A model generated the notes under the pieces. The model made no database searches. It was not told the origin of the DNA and worked only from the letters and a program-made list of their open reading frames with translations. Below, in pieces: positions 1 to 10,439 of a stretch of 60,165 bases of DNA. The translations under genes and the position numbers were made by a program. Source of the stretch: Ignavibacteriales bacterium (lineage in GTDB: Bacteria; Bacteroidota; Ignavibacteria; UBA10030). The stretch's first letter is position 1, and each line of letters opens with the position of its first letter. Where the stretch lies: NCBI GenBank assembly GCA_016194505.1, contig JACQBK010000051.1, positions 1 to 60,165 on the forward strand, in the 5' to 3' direction.

Positions 1-87
1 GCCGATACGGCTCAGAGCGAGCGAATAGGAATAGGAGCAGTTTTAGATATATAAGTTTGGTTTATGAATAGAATCGAAAACAAAAGC

Positions 88-163
88 TGACCCCCTCTTA
101 GTCTCCCCCTGAAGGGGGAGAAAAAAGTTCCTTCCCCTTTAGGGGAAGGCTAGGATGGGGTCA
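88..163. repeat. Nested GC-rich hairpin module
   Basis: An outer stem TGACCCC (88-94) / GGGGTCA (157-163) encloses two perfect hairpins: CTCCCCCT-GA-AGGGGGAG (103-120) and CCTTCCCC-TTTA-GGGGAAGG (130-149). Read directly from the sequence. Confidence 0.6.
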
Positions 164-182
164 TAAAAATTTGTACTTATAA

Positions 183-217
183 TAAAGCGTCCCGTTGAAA
201 TTCTCAACGGGACGCTT
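183..217 (-). terminator. Rho-independent-type terminator downstream of the 243..3407 gene
   Basis: A perfect 15-bp stem AAAGCGTCCCGTTGA / TCAACGGGACGCTTT with a 5-nt loop lies 26 nt past the stop codon. On the minus strand it is followed by a U-rich stretch (TTTATTAT). Confidence 0.6.
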
Positions 218-242
218 TCGTTGTAAAGAATATTCACAAGCT

Positions 243-3200
243 TTAGAATTCCGGACCCAGCGAGAAATAATAATTCGGTATCGAGAATCCTTCGCCGTTA
301 AAGCTCCACGCAACGTCTATGCGGAGCGGTAACCCGAAGAAAATCAAGCGAGCGCCAAAACCGGTTCCTATCAAAAGGTCCTTATTGACCGTACCGTCCT
401 TCGTTGTTTGGAACGCTTGCCATCCGCCGGTGTTACTCCACGCCGAGCCAAGATCTATGAACGCCGCTCCTAAAATATTCTGGAAGCCGATCGGCAGCGC
501 ACCAAGAATAAAATATTTCACCAAGGGGAATCGTAGCTCAACGTTCGCAACGGCAAAGCGCGTTCCGTTCCTCGCATTGTAATTATATCCTCGCACGGGC
601 AATACCGGCGTCAAAAAGGCGTAGTCCTCGACATTGACAATCGGGATGTTCCCGCCGTCAAATTTACGATTTATCCATCCTTCCGTTCCCCCAATAAAGA
701 AGTTCTGCCGATTTTTTCCGTTGCTAAGCCCGCCTGCCAACCGATACACAAACACATAGTCATGCAGAATCTTATTGTAATTTCGATAATCAAATGTGAA
801 TGTTTGAAAATCGAGAGATTCGTCGCTAAATTTTGCACTGCCATAGAACGTAAAATTAAATCGCGAGCCGTTGTTCGGCGCAAACCATGCGCCCTGCCAA
901 ATCGAATTATCATTCACGTAGCTGAACACCGGAAGAATAAGCGATCGCCGCTGAGAAGGCTCGGCGGGGTTATCAAGATTATCCCGTGAAAGATTGAGCC
1001 AGTTGAGCGAGAAATCCAGCCGGTTAAATTTATCAATCGGATACTGAGCGACAACCCCTATTGTCCATGTTCGGAAGCGATAGAGAAACGCGCTCCCGAA
1101 TGGATCACTGATATACAGGAATCGGGCGCTGTGGGAGCCCTGAAATCCATAATCAATGCGCCCAGGCAAATAAAAATAGGACAAACCATAATCGCTGTTC
1201 TTAAGATCGAGCAAAAGATTGGTTTGGAAAACAATTTGATGATCCCCCAGCATATCGCTGAACGCCATCAGTGTTGTTCCCTGAACCCCATAGAACGTGT
1301 TATAGTTCGCAGTGCCATACACCAAATCCGGCGTGAAGTTGAGCTTGTATTTTTTGGGTACATAGTTCCCTTCCGCATCGCGGTTATTTGCAACATCGAA
1401 GCGAGGTATCGGCGACTGTGTTACGACCGTATCGCGGATGTTTTCAGGAGAGAAGATGTAGCTTTTCAGGTCTACCTTGGCGCTTGTTTGGTAACGCGAA
1501 GCCTCGCCTGCGCTCGTATCGGTAACAACGACGAGATTGTTCCGGACAATAATCGTATCGGACGCTGATTTTGTGGCAAAAACCTCGCGCGGTTTTTCGG
1601 CTCGAGGAAGCTCAAACTTCCGCTTGAAGTATTCGGTCGGTTCCAATGCGGCAACATTCAGTTTTCGCTCGAATGGCGACCGCATCAGGAAGATGTCGAA
1701 TCCTGCTTGATGCAGCGAGGCAAACACCATCTTTGATCCATCGTGAGAAAGAGAAAGCTGATAAATACCGGAAAGAGAGTTCGTGACCGGCCGATCAGCT
1801 CCCGTTGCCAGGTCACGCTCGTACACGTTGTTGATGCCATTGCGATCCGAAATATAGAGAAGCTTCTTGCCGTCCGGCGACACAATGGCGGAAGCTTCGT
1901 TACTGTTAGGGAAATCCGTAATGCGATGAATTGTTTTTGAAGCTATCTCGACGCTGTAGAGATCCAACTGCTTGAATTCCACCTGAGAGATTTTGAAGCC
2001 CGCCGGAAGCTTGCCCGGTGAAAGAAAATCGCGGCGATCCGAAGAGAAATAAATCGTCTTGCCATCGGGCGAAAATGTAGGGTCGGAATCCGAGAAAATA
2101 TCATTGGTAAGATTCGTGAGGGTTTTAGAATCCAAATCATACTCATAAATATCCGATTGCGGCGCTTTCATCCCAACGAAAGCAATCTTATTGCCCACGG
2201 GAGAAAATTCAACTTCGAAGATGCCGTCGAGATCAAGCTCGATCTTTTTCGTATCTCCGGAGTGGGCATCAATCAACATAATCACATCCCGTTCTCCCGC
2301 CTTGACGGCAATGGCAATTTGTTTACCATCGGGCGACCAAGAAATTTTCGGCGTCAGGAGATGCAATTCTTCAAATTCCCTTGTCCGTTGACCTTTCACG
2401 ATTTTCTCTGCGCCCTGTCCATCAATAGCAGACATGATGTAAATATCCATATAATCGTTGCGATCGGATATGAAGGCGACCTTATCGCCTTGCGGAGAAA
2501 TAGCCGGGCTGGTGTTATAGAAATTGCCCTCTTTCGTATGGTCAGTTAGCCGCCGCGCAAAATCTGCCGGCTCTTCGCGCTTAGCGACATCGGGCCAGAA
2601 CAATACTTTTTGTTCTTTCTGCCAGCGTTCGGAAAGTTCTTTAATCGAAAGACCGATAGTGCTCTTGAAGCCCTGTTCAACGCTCCGTGTCCCTTTAATG
2701 CGATTGAAGATTTCACCTATCTTCTGCTCACCGTACTTGTTTGCAATGTAGTACCACACCGACTGGCCTCCGCGATAAGCAAAGTACCCTCCAAGGTATT
2801 CGATGGGGGGCAGGTAGTTTTGAATCGTCGCATCGCGGATAAACATATCGGAATTGGTATCCCAGCCAAGGGCGGCATATTCCGCAAAGCCTTCGTTCAT
2901 CCACAGGGGAAGCTGAACCGGCGCACGGCTCGAAATGAGAGATTGGATGGAGCCTCCGTAAAACATATCATTGATCACGGCGTGAACAAGCTCGTGATGG
3001 ATCACATGGCGGAATAGGCGATAATTTCCCTCAAACGGAACGACGATGCGGTTCTTGAATAATTCCGTTACGCCGCCGATTCCTTCTTCAAGATATTCAT
3101 CAATAACATTCGTCTGCTGCCATTCATTGTGGGAATTGTACACAACGAACGCAATGCGGTTGTTGATTTCATAGCGAACCAATTTGCGGATGGAATCGTA

Positions 3201-3407
3201 CGCGTCTTCAGCCGCATCGGCGGTAAATTCAGCAAGCTCATATCCGTCTTGGGAAAAATAGATATCAAAATGGCTGGTTTGAATGTACTGCCATTCAAAG
3301 TTTTTGTATTGCACTTTGTTCTTGCCGAAAACCGAGTTTTGGCTCCACACGACACCCGTGGCAAGAACGGTAAGCGCTAAACAGGTTAAAAGTTTTCTCA
3401 TGAACAT
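243..3407 (-). CDS. Outer-membrane fusion protein: N-terminal HExxH peptidase-like domain, TolB-like beta-propeller repeats, and a C-terminal Omp85/bacterial-surface-antigen barrel
   Basis: The 1054-aa product has a signal peptide (MRKLLTCLALTVLATGVVWSQ) and an HHELVHAV zinc-peptidase-like motif. It carries repeated SPDGK/SPQGD TolB/WD40-like propeller signatures (ISPQGDKVAF, WSPDGKQIA, FSPDGKTIYF, VSPDGKKLLY, LSHDGSKMVF). The C-terminus is Omp85-like (VELRFPL...FIDLGSAW...GFGARL...RIDVAW) and ends in F. Confidence 0.7.
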   Translation of the reverse strand: MFMRKLLTCLALTVLATGVVWSQNSVFGKNKVQYKNFEWQYIQTSHFDIYFSQDGYELAEFTADAAEDAYDSIRKLVRYEINNRIAFVVYNSHNEWQQTNVIDEYLEEGIGGVTELFKNRIVVPFEGNYRLFRHVIHHELVHAVINDMFYGGSIQSLISSRAPVQLPLWMNEGFAEYAALGWDTNSDMFIRDATIQNYLPPIEYLGGYFAYRGGQSVWYYIANKYGEQKIGEIFNRIKGTRSVEQGFKSTIGLSIKELSERWQKEQKVLFWPDVAKREEPADFARRLTDHTKEGNFYNTSPAISPQGDKVAFISDRNDYMDIYIMSAIDGQGAEKIVKGQRTREFEELHLLTPKISWSPDGKQIAIAVKAGERDVIMLIDAHSGDTKKIELDLDGIFEVEFSPVGNKIAFVGMKAPQSDIYEYDLDSKTLTNLTNDIFSDSDPTFSPDGKTIYFSSDRRDFLSPGKLPAGFKISQVEFKQLDLYSVEIASKTIHRITDFPNSNEASAIVSPDGKKLLYISDRNGINNVYERDLATGADRPVTNSLSGIYQLSLSHDGSKMVFASLHQAGFDIFLMRSPFERKLNVAALEPTEYFKRKFELPRAEKPREVFATKSASDTIIVRNNLVVVTDTSAGEASRYQTSAKVDLKSYIFSPENIRDTVVTQSPIPRFDVANNRDAEGNYVPKKYKLNFTPDLVYGTANYNTFYGVQGTTLMAFSDMLGDHQIVFQTNLLLDLKNSDYGLSYFYLPGRIDYGFQGSHSARFLYISDPFGSAFLYRFRTWTIGVVAQYPIDKFNRLDFSLNWLNLSRDNLDNPAEPSQRRSLILPVFSYVNDNSIWQGAWFAPNNGSRFNFTFYGSAKFSDESLDFQTFTFDYRNYNKILHDYVFVYRLAGGLSNGKNRQNFFIGGTEGWINRKFDGGNIPIVNVEDYAFLTPVLPVRGYNYNARNGTRFAVANVELRFPLVKYFILGALPIGFQNILGAAFIDLGSAWSNTGGWQAFQTTKDGTVNKDLLIGTGFGARLIFFGLPLRIDVAWSFNGEGFSIPNYYFSLGPEF

Positions 3408-3537
3408 CCCCTCTCAATAAATAACGCTTTACAATGAACTGTCAAATTGTAGCCAACAAGGGCTGAAAAATCAATCGGTTAAATCACGCACGCTATCTGT
3501 AATAGAACAAACTCTTTCGCCGTTTGGGTTCCTGCAA

Positions 3538-5730
3538 TTATTTGCGGCGCCTAGCTTTTTTCGCATGGTGGCTTACTTCACCCACCAGGGCAAAATCAAT
3601 CTCGCGTTCTTCAGGGTTGACCCGCACGACCTTCACATGAACGCTGTCGCCAAGGCGGTATTGATTGCCCGTCCGACGACCGATAAAGGCATATTGTTTT
3701 TCATCGTATGTGTAAAAATCGTCTCCCAAATCACGGACATGAATCATTCCCTCGACAAGCAAATCATTGATCTCAATAAAGAGACCAAACCGCATCACGC
3801 CGGAGATAATCCCTTGTAATTCATCGCCAAGGTGGCGTTTCATGTATTCCACCTGCATGACCTTTATTGCGGCGCGCTCCGCTTCCATCGCAACACGTTC
3901 CATTGCAGAGGATTGTTTTGCAATGAAGGGAAGTCGTTGCGTTATCTCTTGCCGTCTCTCGAGTGATAATGATGTATTGTATTCCTTGAGAAGACGATGC
4001 ACGACTAAATCCGGGTACCGGCGGATGGGCGAAGTAAAGTGAGAGTAATAATCAAATCCGAGTCCATAGTGGCCGATATTCTTTTCCGAATAAATCGCTT
4101 TCGCCATCGAGCGCAACGCTACCTCGTTAATGACATTTTCTTCTTCCGTCCCGCGCACTTGATCGAGAAGTTTTTGAAGCTCCTTTGAGCTAACACCCGA
4201 ATCCAAATTAAGCCTGTAACCAAATTTCTCGACAAAGGCTGCCAACTCCCGAATGCGGTCGGGATCGGGCGAATCATGGATGCGATACAGAAACGGCTTT
4301 CGATGCTCTTCTGTTTTTGCCAGCCCGATATGCTTTGCAACGACTTGGTTTGCAAGAAGCATAAATTCTTCAACGAGCCTGTGGCTTTTCAATCTTGTTT
4401 TTTTAATGATCTCTGAAGGCTTTCCCTCCTCATCGAAACGGAATTTTGCTTCCGGGGTTTCGAAATCAATGCTACCCTCTTTCATGCGTTTCTTCGTCAA
4501 TATCGCGCTCAGGTTTTGCATCGCATGCAGTTTCTCGACAATTTCTTTCGAATCGTTCTGCTCACGTGCAGTTGTTCCCTCCGCAAGAATTTCTTCCACC
4601 TCTTCGTATGTAAAGCGGCGCTTGCTGCGGATGATTGTCTCGCGAATGTCATATTCCTTCACCAAGCCTTTTGGCGTTACGGTCATAAAAACAGAATACG
4701 CAAGACGATCTTCGTCCGGGCGCAGGCTGCAGACGATGTTCGAGAGTTTTTCCGGAAGCATGGGGATGACCATGTTCGGGAAATACACGCTGGTGGCACG
4801 CTTCAACGCTTCTTTATCAAGCTCGCTTGCTTCTTTGATATAATACGAGACATCCGCAATATGAACGCCTAAGCGAATGTTGTCATCCTCAAGTTCCTCA
4901 AGCGAAACGGCGTCATCAAAATCTTTTGCGTCTTCGGGGTCAATCGTAAAACACATGTGACCGCGAAAATCGAGGCGACGACGAATCTCCTCTCCAGAGA
5001 TAACAGTCGGAAGAACATCAACCTCTTTCAGCACAACGGGAGGAAATGAGAGAGGAAGCTTGAGCTCTCGCACAACGGAGCGCATCTCCGCTGAAACCTC
5101 GCCCGCCCTTCCCAAAACCTCGACAATTCGTCCTTCGGGATTGAGATGTCCCACCCCCCACGAATCAATCTGAACGACAACTTTCTCCCCTTCTTTTGCT
5201 TTATGTAAGTATTCATCCGCGACGAACACATCGCGCGCAATTCTTCCATCATCGGGGACGACGGTAAACAAATTTTTGCTGCGCCGCAGCGTACCCACCA
5301 CATCCACCCTGCCACGCTCCACTACCCGGATAATTTCCCCTTCTCTTTTTTCGCCCTCGCGCCGCTTCTCTGCTTTTTGAGCAAAGAGTGAAACTTCGAC
5401 TTTATCCCCGTGCACTGCCATACCCCGCGAACGAGGGGCGATGAACACTTCCTCGTCGAGCCCTTCAACCCTTACAAAACCCAATCCTTGCTTCGTCATC
5501 TGAAGGAGCCCAATCACTGTTTGGGGAATCTCCAAATGGCTAAATTTTCCGCCCTTCACTCGCTTCACCTGGCTCGTGTCGGTCAGGTGCTGCAGGGCGT
5601 GCTTCAACACTTCATATTCTTCATTCGTGCGAAGACTTAATCGTCTTGCAAGCTCTTTTGATTTAAACGCTTGATTGGGATAACGGGCAAAAAACGTAAG
5701 CACTTTATTTGAAACACTTTCAATTGTCAT
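3538..5730 (-). CDS. rnr: Ribonuclease R (3'-5' exoribonuclease, RNB family)
   Basis: The 730-aa product has N-terminal winged-helix/cold-shock-like regions and RNB catalytic motifs (FTIDPEDAKDFDDAVS, HYGLGFDYYSHFTSPIRRYPDLVVHR). It also has a C-terminal S1 domain (GIISGVMRFGLFIEI...) and a basic tail. Confidence 0.9.
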   Translation of the reverse strand: MTIESVSNKVLTFFARYPNQAFKSKELARRLSLRTNEEYEVLKHALQHLTDTSQVKRVKGGKFSHLEIPQTVIGLLQMTKQGLGFVRVEGLDEEVFIAPRSRGMAVHGDKVEVSLFAQKAEKRREGEKREGEIIRVVERGRVDVVGTLRRSKNLFTVVPDDGRIARDVFVADEYLHKAKEGEKVVVQIDSWGVGHLNPEGRIVEVLGRAGEVSAEMRSVVRELKLPLSFPPVVLKEVDVLPTVISGEEIRRRLDFRGHMCFTIDPEDAKDFDDAVSLEELEDDNIRLGVHIADVSYYIKEASELDKEALKRATSVYFPNMVIPMLPEKLSNIVCSLRPDEDRLAYSVFMTVTPKGLVKEYDIRETIIRSKRRFTYEEVEEILAEGTTAREQNDSKEIVEKLHAMQNLSAILTKKRMKEGSIDFETPEAKFRFDEEGKPSEIIKKTRLKSHRLVEEFMLLANQVVAKHIGLAKTEEHRKPFLYRIHDSPDPDRIRELAAFVEKFGYRLNLDSGVSSKELQKLLDQVRGTEEENVINEVALRSMAKAIYSEKNIGHYGLGFDYYSHFTSPIRRYPDLVVHRLLKEYNTSLSLERRQEITQRLPFIAKQSSAMERVAMEAERAAIKVMQVEYMKRHLGDELQGIISGVMRFGLFIEINDLLVEGMIHVRDLGDDFYTYDEKQYAFIGRRTGNQYRLGDSVHVKVVRVNPEEREIDFALVGEVSHHAKKARRRK

Positions 5731-5779
5731 AAATACACTTCACTCATTAGGTTAAAAAACTACGGGAAGGTTTAAAGAA

Positions 5780-8700
5780 TCAGAATATAATTCTGTACAA
5801 TAAACGCAGTCCCTTTGACTCGCGCCGTTGTTCCAATGTTTCCACGCCCTCGACACGGCGCTCCAGCTCGAGGACAAGATTACGCCACTTTTCAGAGCCA
5901 AGAAGTCCGCTCATCGGCAGCTGAACGCTGATATTGGCGTTGTTGATATCATTAAAGACTTTTCCTCCAAGGCGGATAACGGCATCTCCCACTTCACCTG
6001 TGAGTCGAACGTCCGCGGATTCTTGAAAGCTGCCTCCATAGTAAATCACATCTACCGATTTGATAACGCCAAATTCTTTCCGCAAAAAATCGGAAAGCGG
6101 ACCGGACAAGACTGAAGATGTAAGCCCCAAGAGCATCGTGTTGCCAAACAACGATGCGCGTTCTTGCTGTGTTAACTCGTCCTTAAATGAACCGGAGACG
6201 AGAAATGACAATGCATCCGCCTCAGGGTCGGCGCGCTGTTTGAGTTCTCTGTTTGTAACGAGATCATAACGAGCAAGTTCGGTTTTGACGGTTGGTTTAT
6301 CTCGTGTTCCGGTAATCAACAGTGTAACAACGACTTTCTGCTCAACAGGTTCATCCGTGTTAGAGCCGTTCAGTGTTCCCGGAGTGACTTTCGATGTGTC
6401 ACCGCTATTGCGCGAACGATACATACCCTCATATTTGGCGGTAACGTTTAATTCCGGATTGAAGGCATCACCTGTAAAATTGAGCTTGCCGGTTGCATCA
6501 AGCTTTTTGAAGATACTATTATAGTACGACCGCTTGCCAAGCTCCACCTCACCGGTAAGCCGTGTCTGGTCTCCCGCTTTTGCAAAAATTGCCCGTCCTT
6601 TGAGATCACCGAACAATTCTTCATTTGTCAGGTTATTGAAGATAAACCGCACTTGTGTTGCACCTTGCGTTTCAAAAATCAGATCATACACGATGTAATC
6701 CAAGAACGATTTTGGCTTTGGCGCAAGCTGTTGCTGCGCCACGCTCGCTTGCTCCGAGGGGCGTTTTGAGCTGAGCGTATCAAGCGACGTTGTGGAAAAC
6801 TCTTCCGAGGTTGAAACCGTTCGGCGTGCATCAGCTAACACTATGCTTGATATTCGATTGGGCGATTGTATGCTATCCAGCGAAGCTTTTGGTCGATCAT
6901 CAACGTAGGAGACCGTAATTTTATTGCTCCGCAATTCCTGCGCTTGGCGAATAGGGGGAAACGTTAAGCTCGCGTACTTGATAAGCAGCGTCCCCGACAT
7001 GAACGACTTCGATGGTTCTCCTTTCCATTGAATGCCATTGGGTCCTGTCGCACCAAAGAGATCTCCGTAAAAACTTTGACCGGGCCGTCGGCTGGATTCT
7101 TTCATCACCAGCAATTGACCGTTGGCAAGCAAATCAAAATCCTTAATTTGCAATCCCGCGAGGGTGAAGGTACCCGAAAAATTCATTTTGCCATCGGGAC
7201 GATCTTGAGGAATATTGCTTACGGTAAGGTTCTCCAACGCAATCTGCCGACCGTGAGGGACAAGCTTTCCATCCACAATATATTGAATGTTCAGGGGACC
7301 GAACAAGAACCGCGCACCCTGCAATGTTAAGGAGCCTTCGTACGACGGGGATTCAATAGTGCCGCCCAATTTAATGTCGCACATGACCGTGCCTGTCATG
7401 TTTGATAATTCAGGGATGAATGGTTCCAAAAATTCCATTTGCAGGGCGCTGGTTTGGACTTTGAGATCCATTTCTCCTTTGAGCTTTTGTTCGGCAGTTT
7501 TTTTCAAAGAAAAATCATACGGCATAGTCCCCGAGATAAGCAAATCCGGTTTTGCGGAAGGCTCTTGCGGACGACTGCGTAATTGCGTAAACGCGTTGAG
7601 CATCATGTCGGAATAGCTCAACGTGGCTTGCACCTGACCGAATACCGTTTCCCGATAACGAACTCCTTCCGCACCCAGCATCAATGAATAGTTGGGATTT
7701 TCAAACGTTCCGCCAAAATGCCCTTCCGCATTGAGAATGCCTCCAAGGATAGGCCGACCATCATCCGGTCTGACGATTTTATAAAAACTCTGCATATTGT
7801 TCAGAAGGAATTTTTTCACCGAAAACCGGAGATCGGAAACCCCTGCCGGATCAAAATATCCCGAGGCATTCAGTTCCTCTGTTTCATGGCGCATGGAAAG
7901 ATTGTCAATGCGAAAACCGTTTTTGCCTAATGTTGCGTGAATCGTCTCGGCGTTTTCAAAGTCATACCCGTTGATGCCGATTTTTAATTGTTCCACATTG
8001 AACACCACAGAGCCGGAATCAGCGCGTGATGTGCCCTTCAACCCTATGGTCGTTACTGAATCTATCAACGCAGAAACTTGATAGGTGCCCGTTGTTCCCT
8101 TCGATTGAACGTCGGCGGCAACATTAAAGAATGGGAGGGAATCTATACTCAATGAATGAGCACGCAATTGGACGGATGTTGCGAGAGATTTGAGAACGGA
8201 GGCTCGCGACAATCCCCCAACCTTGACCTTCAAGCCGGAATCGCGAAGACCGAGTTGAACACTTTCGTCCGTAAAACGGAAGCGTTCAATATCAACATCG
8301 CTTTCAAAACGAATTTCTTCGCGGGTTCCCGTCACTGTTCCTTTTGCACCGAAGCTTCCATCAAGTTTCTCCCCAAGAACAACACCGACGGCATAGCCAT
8401 TCGTAACCTGCAGTGTGAACTGAGCATCAACAGGTTCCTTCAACTCTGCGCTCCTCGATTGGAACTCGGTGTGCGCTACTTTTGATGAAGAAGCGCGAAG
8501 AGAATCCAACGCCACGAACTGATGCCGCACCGCTTCGCCAATGAGTTTTGAACCTTGCGTAATGGCGGCTATAAATGAGGGTGGGGTAAATTTTCCCAAC
8601 ACTTCCAGAGTTGCAATATCAGATGTGAAGCGAAATTGCTGGCGTGATGGATCGGATGTATTCAACGATATTGTCAATCCGCCCTTCTGGAACGATTCCT

Positions 8701-10411
8701 TTCCAAACGACGACCGGGAAAAATTAACGTCAAGGTTTCCCCGCATCGCTTTATAGGTTAATCCCGTGCCTTCGGCATGAAGATCAAACGACAGATCGCT
8801 TGCATATCGTTTCTCTTTCATGAAGTCGGCAACATTGAGAGATGAAGCTTTCCCGTCAATTTGATAGGAGTCCAAATCGTGCGGCTGGAATTTCAACGTG
8901 CCATTGAATTCCAAACGAGAGGAACTTATTGATGCGGAGACTCGCGAGCGGAGCGTTTGCCCGGCGGCATCGAGAGCAATAACCGTTTGCCCAACGGGCA
9001 ACCCGTAAAACTCCGATGAGTCTATTGCTACTTGCACTGTGGATGTGAGCGTGCGGATATTAGTGCCGGAGCCTTTGACCGTTATTGTTGCATTCAATTT
9101 GCTCTCAAGGTTCTCGTCGTCCAGCAGATGCCTTAAATCGAGATGAGCGGTGCGAATAACGCCGTCATAGATCAATTCCTCTTCGCGGGTATCAAATGTT
9201 CCATCCAACTCTACTTTACCGGCTTTGGAATTTGCCGAAAGCTGTGCTTTGAACAACGCAGGCTTTCCTTTAAGCCATAAATCATACTTGACCGCGCCTA
9301 AAGAGGTCAAGTCCAGAATTTTCAGCCCCGGAAGATGCTCAAGGACATCCTGAGGCTCAATCTTATTATTCAGGCACGTAAGATTAAGCTCAAGGTCCTT
9401 GGGCTGATGAAGATTGGTAATTGTCCCCGTGCTTTGAATAACAGAGTGCGCCGTGTGAAGAGCAAAATTCTTTATGTTCAGACTGCCGAATGTCCCTTCA
9501 GCATCCAATTGACATGACACATCGTTCGCAAGAAAATCGACCGATTGCCCGACAAATTGTTCAAACTCGTTGAAATCAAGCTTATCAACTTTCAGACTTA
9601 ACGAGACGGGGGAACGTTCAAGCTGGCTCAGGTCTTTGATCTTTGTAATATTTGTTTTTCCAAGTTTCGCGCTTACCGTAATGAGAGATTTCGGCGTTTC
9701 GATGCGCAATTCGTTTACTTCAGCCTGAACAGGAGTAAGTGAAAACTCGCCACTTAAGCGATGTAATACAACGCCGGGATGGTCTGATTGGAACGAAAGT
9801 GATTTAATCGTCGCCGCAATCTCACGCGCGCGAATGGTTACCGCCGCGTTGATGTTCAATAACCCTAACTGAAGATTTGCATAGTTGAACGTATTCGAAG
9901 CAACAAGTACATCTTCCCGCACTTGTTGCACAAGGGCAAGAGAATCTACAAGCAAGAATCTTGCGTTCTTAACCTCGATCTCTTTTAACTCAATGACCCA
10001 CTGAGAGGGGATGGAATCGGAAGGGGTTGGCTTTATTAAACGATTGACATTCCACGTACTGTCGGAGGAACGTATCAATGCAATATGGGGATTGACTAAC
10101 GTAACGCGGGTAATCGAAACACGTTTGACAAGAAATGCCAAGGGGTCGTACCGCACTTCCATTTTTTCAACGAAAAGAACTTTTTTGCCTGATTCGAGAA
10201 GCTCGATATTATCAATCTGAAAGCTCGAAATGAGGTTGCCTTCAAGCTGGCCTAAACGAAGCTCGCCGTTCAAGCTGGGGGAAACGTTCTCGATAATAAA
10301 CTGTCGGAGAGAAGAGCGAAATGCCTTTGTCTGCGTAAACCCAATAAGGACTACCGCAACAAAAAGAACAATAATGCCTGCATAATATGTAAATCGGAAG
10401 AACTTTCTCAC
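5780..10411 (-). CDS. tamB: TamB/AsmA-like translocation and assembly module protein
   Basis: The 1543-aa product has a single N-terminal membrane anchor (YYAGIIVLFVAVVLIGF) and a very long beta-rich repetitive body. Its C-terminal region is DUF490-like. Size and architecture are typical of TamB. Confidence 0.7.
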   Translation of the reverse strand: MRKFFRFTYYAGIIVLFVAVVLIGFTQTKAFRSSLRQFIIENVSPSLNGELRLGQLEGNLISSFQIDNIELLESGKKVLFVEKMEVRYDPLAFLVKRVSITRVTLVNPHIALIRSSDSTWNVNRLIKPTPSDSIPSQWVIELKEIEVKNARFLLVDSLALVQQVREDVLVASNTFNYANLQLGLLNINAAVTIRAREIAATIKSLSFQSDHPGVVLHRLSGEFSLTPVQAEVNELRIETPKSLITVSAKLGKTNITKIKDLSQLERSPVSLSLKVDKLDFNEFEQFVGQSVDFLANDVSCQLDAEGTFGSLNIKNFALHTAHSVIQSTGTITNLHQPKDLELNLTCLNNKIEPQDVLEHLPGLKILDLTSLGAVKYDLWLKGKPALFKAQLSANSKAGKVELDGTFDTREEELIYDGVIRTAHLDLRHLLDDENLESKLNATITVKGSGTNIRTLTSTVQVAIDSSEFYGLPVGQTVIALDAAGQTLRSRVSASISSSRLEFNGTLKFQPHDLDSYQIDGKASSLNVADFMKEKRYASDLSFDLHAEGTGLTYKAMRGNLDVNFSRSSFGKESFQKGGLTISLNTSDPSRQQFRFTSDIATLEVLGKFTPPSFIAAITQGSKLIGEAVRHQFVALDSLRASSSKVAHTEFQSRSAELKEPVDAQFTLQVTNGYAVGVVLGEKLDGSFGAKGTVTGTREEIRFESDVDIERFRFTDESVQLGLRDSGLKVKVGGLSRASVLKSLATSVQLRAHSLSIDSLPFFNVAADVQSKGTTGTYQVSALIDSVTTIGLKGTSRADSGSVVFNVEQLKIGINGYDFENAETIHATLGKNGFRIDNLSMRHETEELNASGYFDPAGVSDLRFSVKKFLLNNMQSFYKIVRPDDGRPILGGILNAEGHFGGTFENPNYSLMLGAEGVRYRETVFGQVQATLSYSDMMLNAFTQLRSRPQEPSAKPDLLISGTMPYDFSLKKTAEQKLKGEMDLKVQTSALQMEFLEPFIPELSNMTGTVMCDIKLGGTIESPSYEGSLTLQGARFLFGPLNIQYIVDGKLVPHGRQIALENLTVSNIPQDRPDGKMNFSGTFTLAGLQIKDFDLLANGQLLVMKESSRRPGQSFYGDLFGATGPNGIQWKGEPSKSFMSGTLLIKYASLTFPPIRQAQELRSNKITVSYVDDRPKASLDSIQSPNRISSIVLADARRTVSTSEEFSTTSLDTLSSKRPSEQASVAQQQLAPKPKSFLDYIVYDLIFETQGATQVRFIFNNLTNEELFGDLKGRAIFAKAGDQTRLTGEVELGKRSYYNSIFKKLDATGKLNFTGDAFNPELNVTAKYEGMYRSRNSGDTSKVTPGTLNGSNTDEPVEQKVVVTLLITGTRDKPTVKTELARYDLVTNRELKQRADPEADALSFLVSGSFKDELTQQERASLFGNTMLLGLTSSVLSGPLSDFLRKEFGVIKSVDVIYYGGSFQESADVRLTGEVGDAVIRLGGKVFNDINNANISVQLPMSGLLGSEKWRNLVLELERRVEGVETLEQRRESKGLRLLYRIIF

Positions 10412-10439
10412 AGTCTGGGTTCCGTTGGAGGCTTATTGT

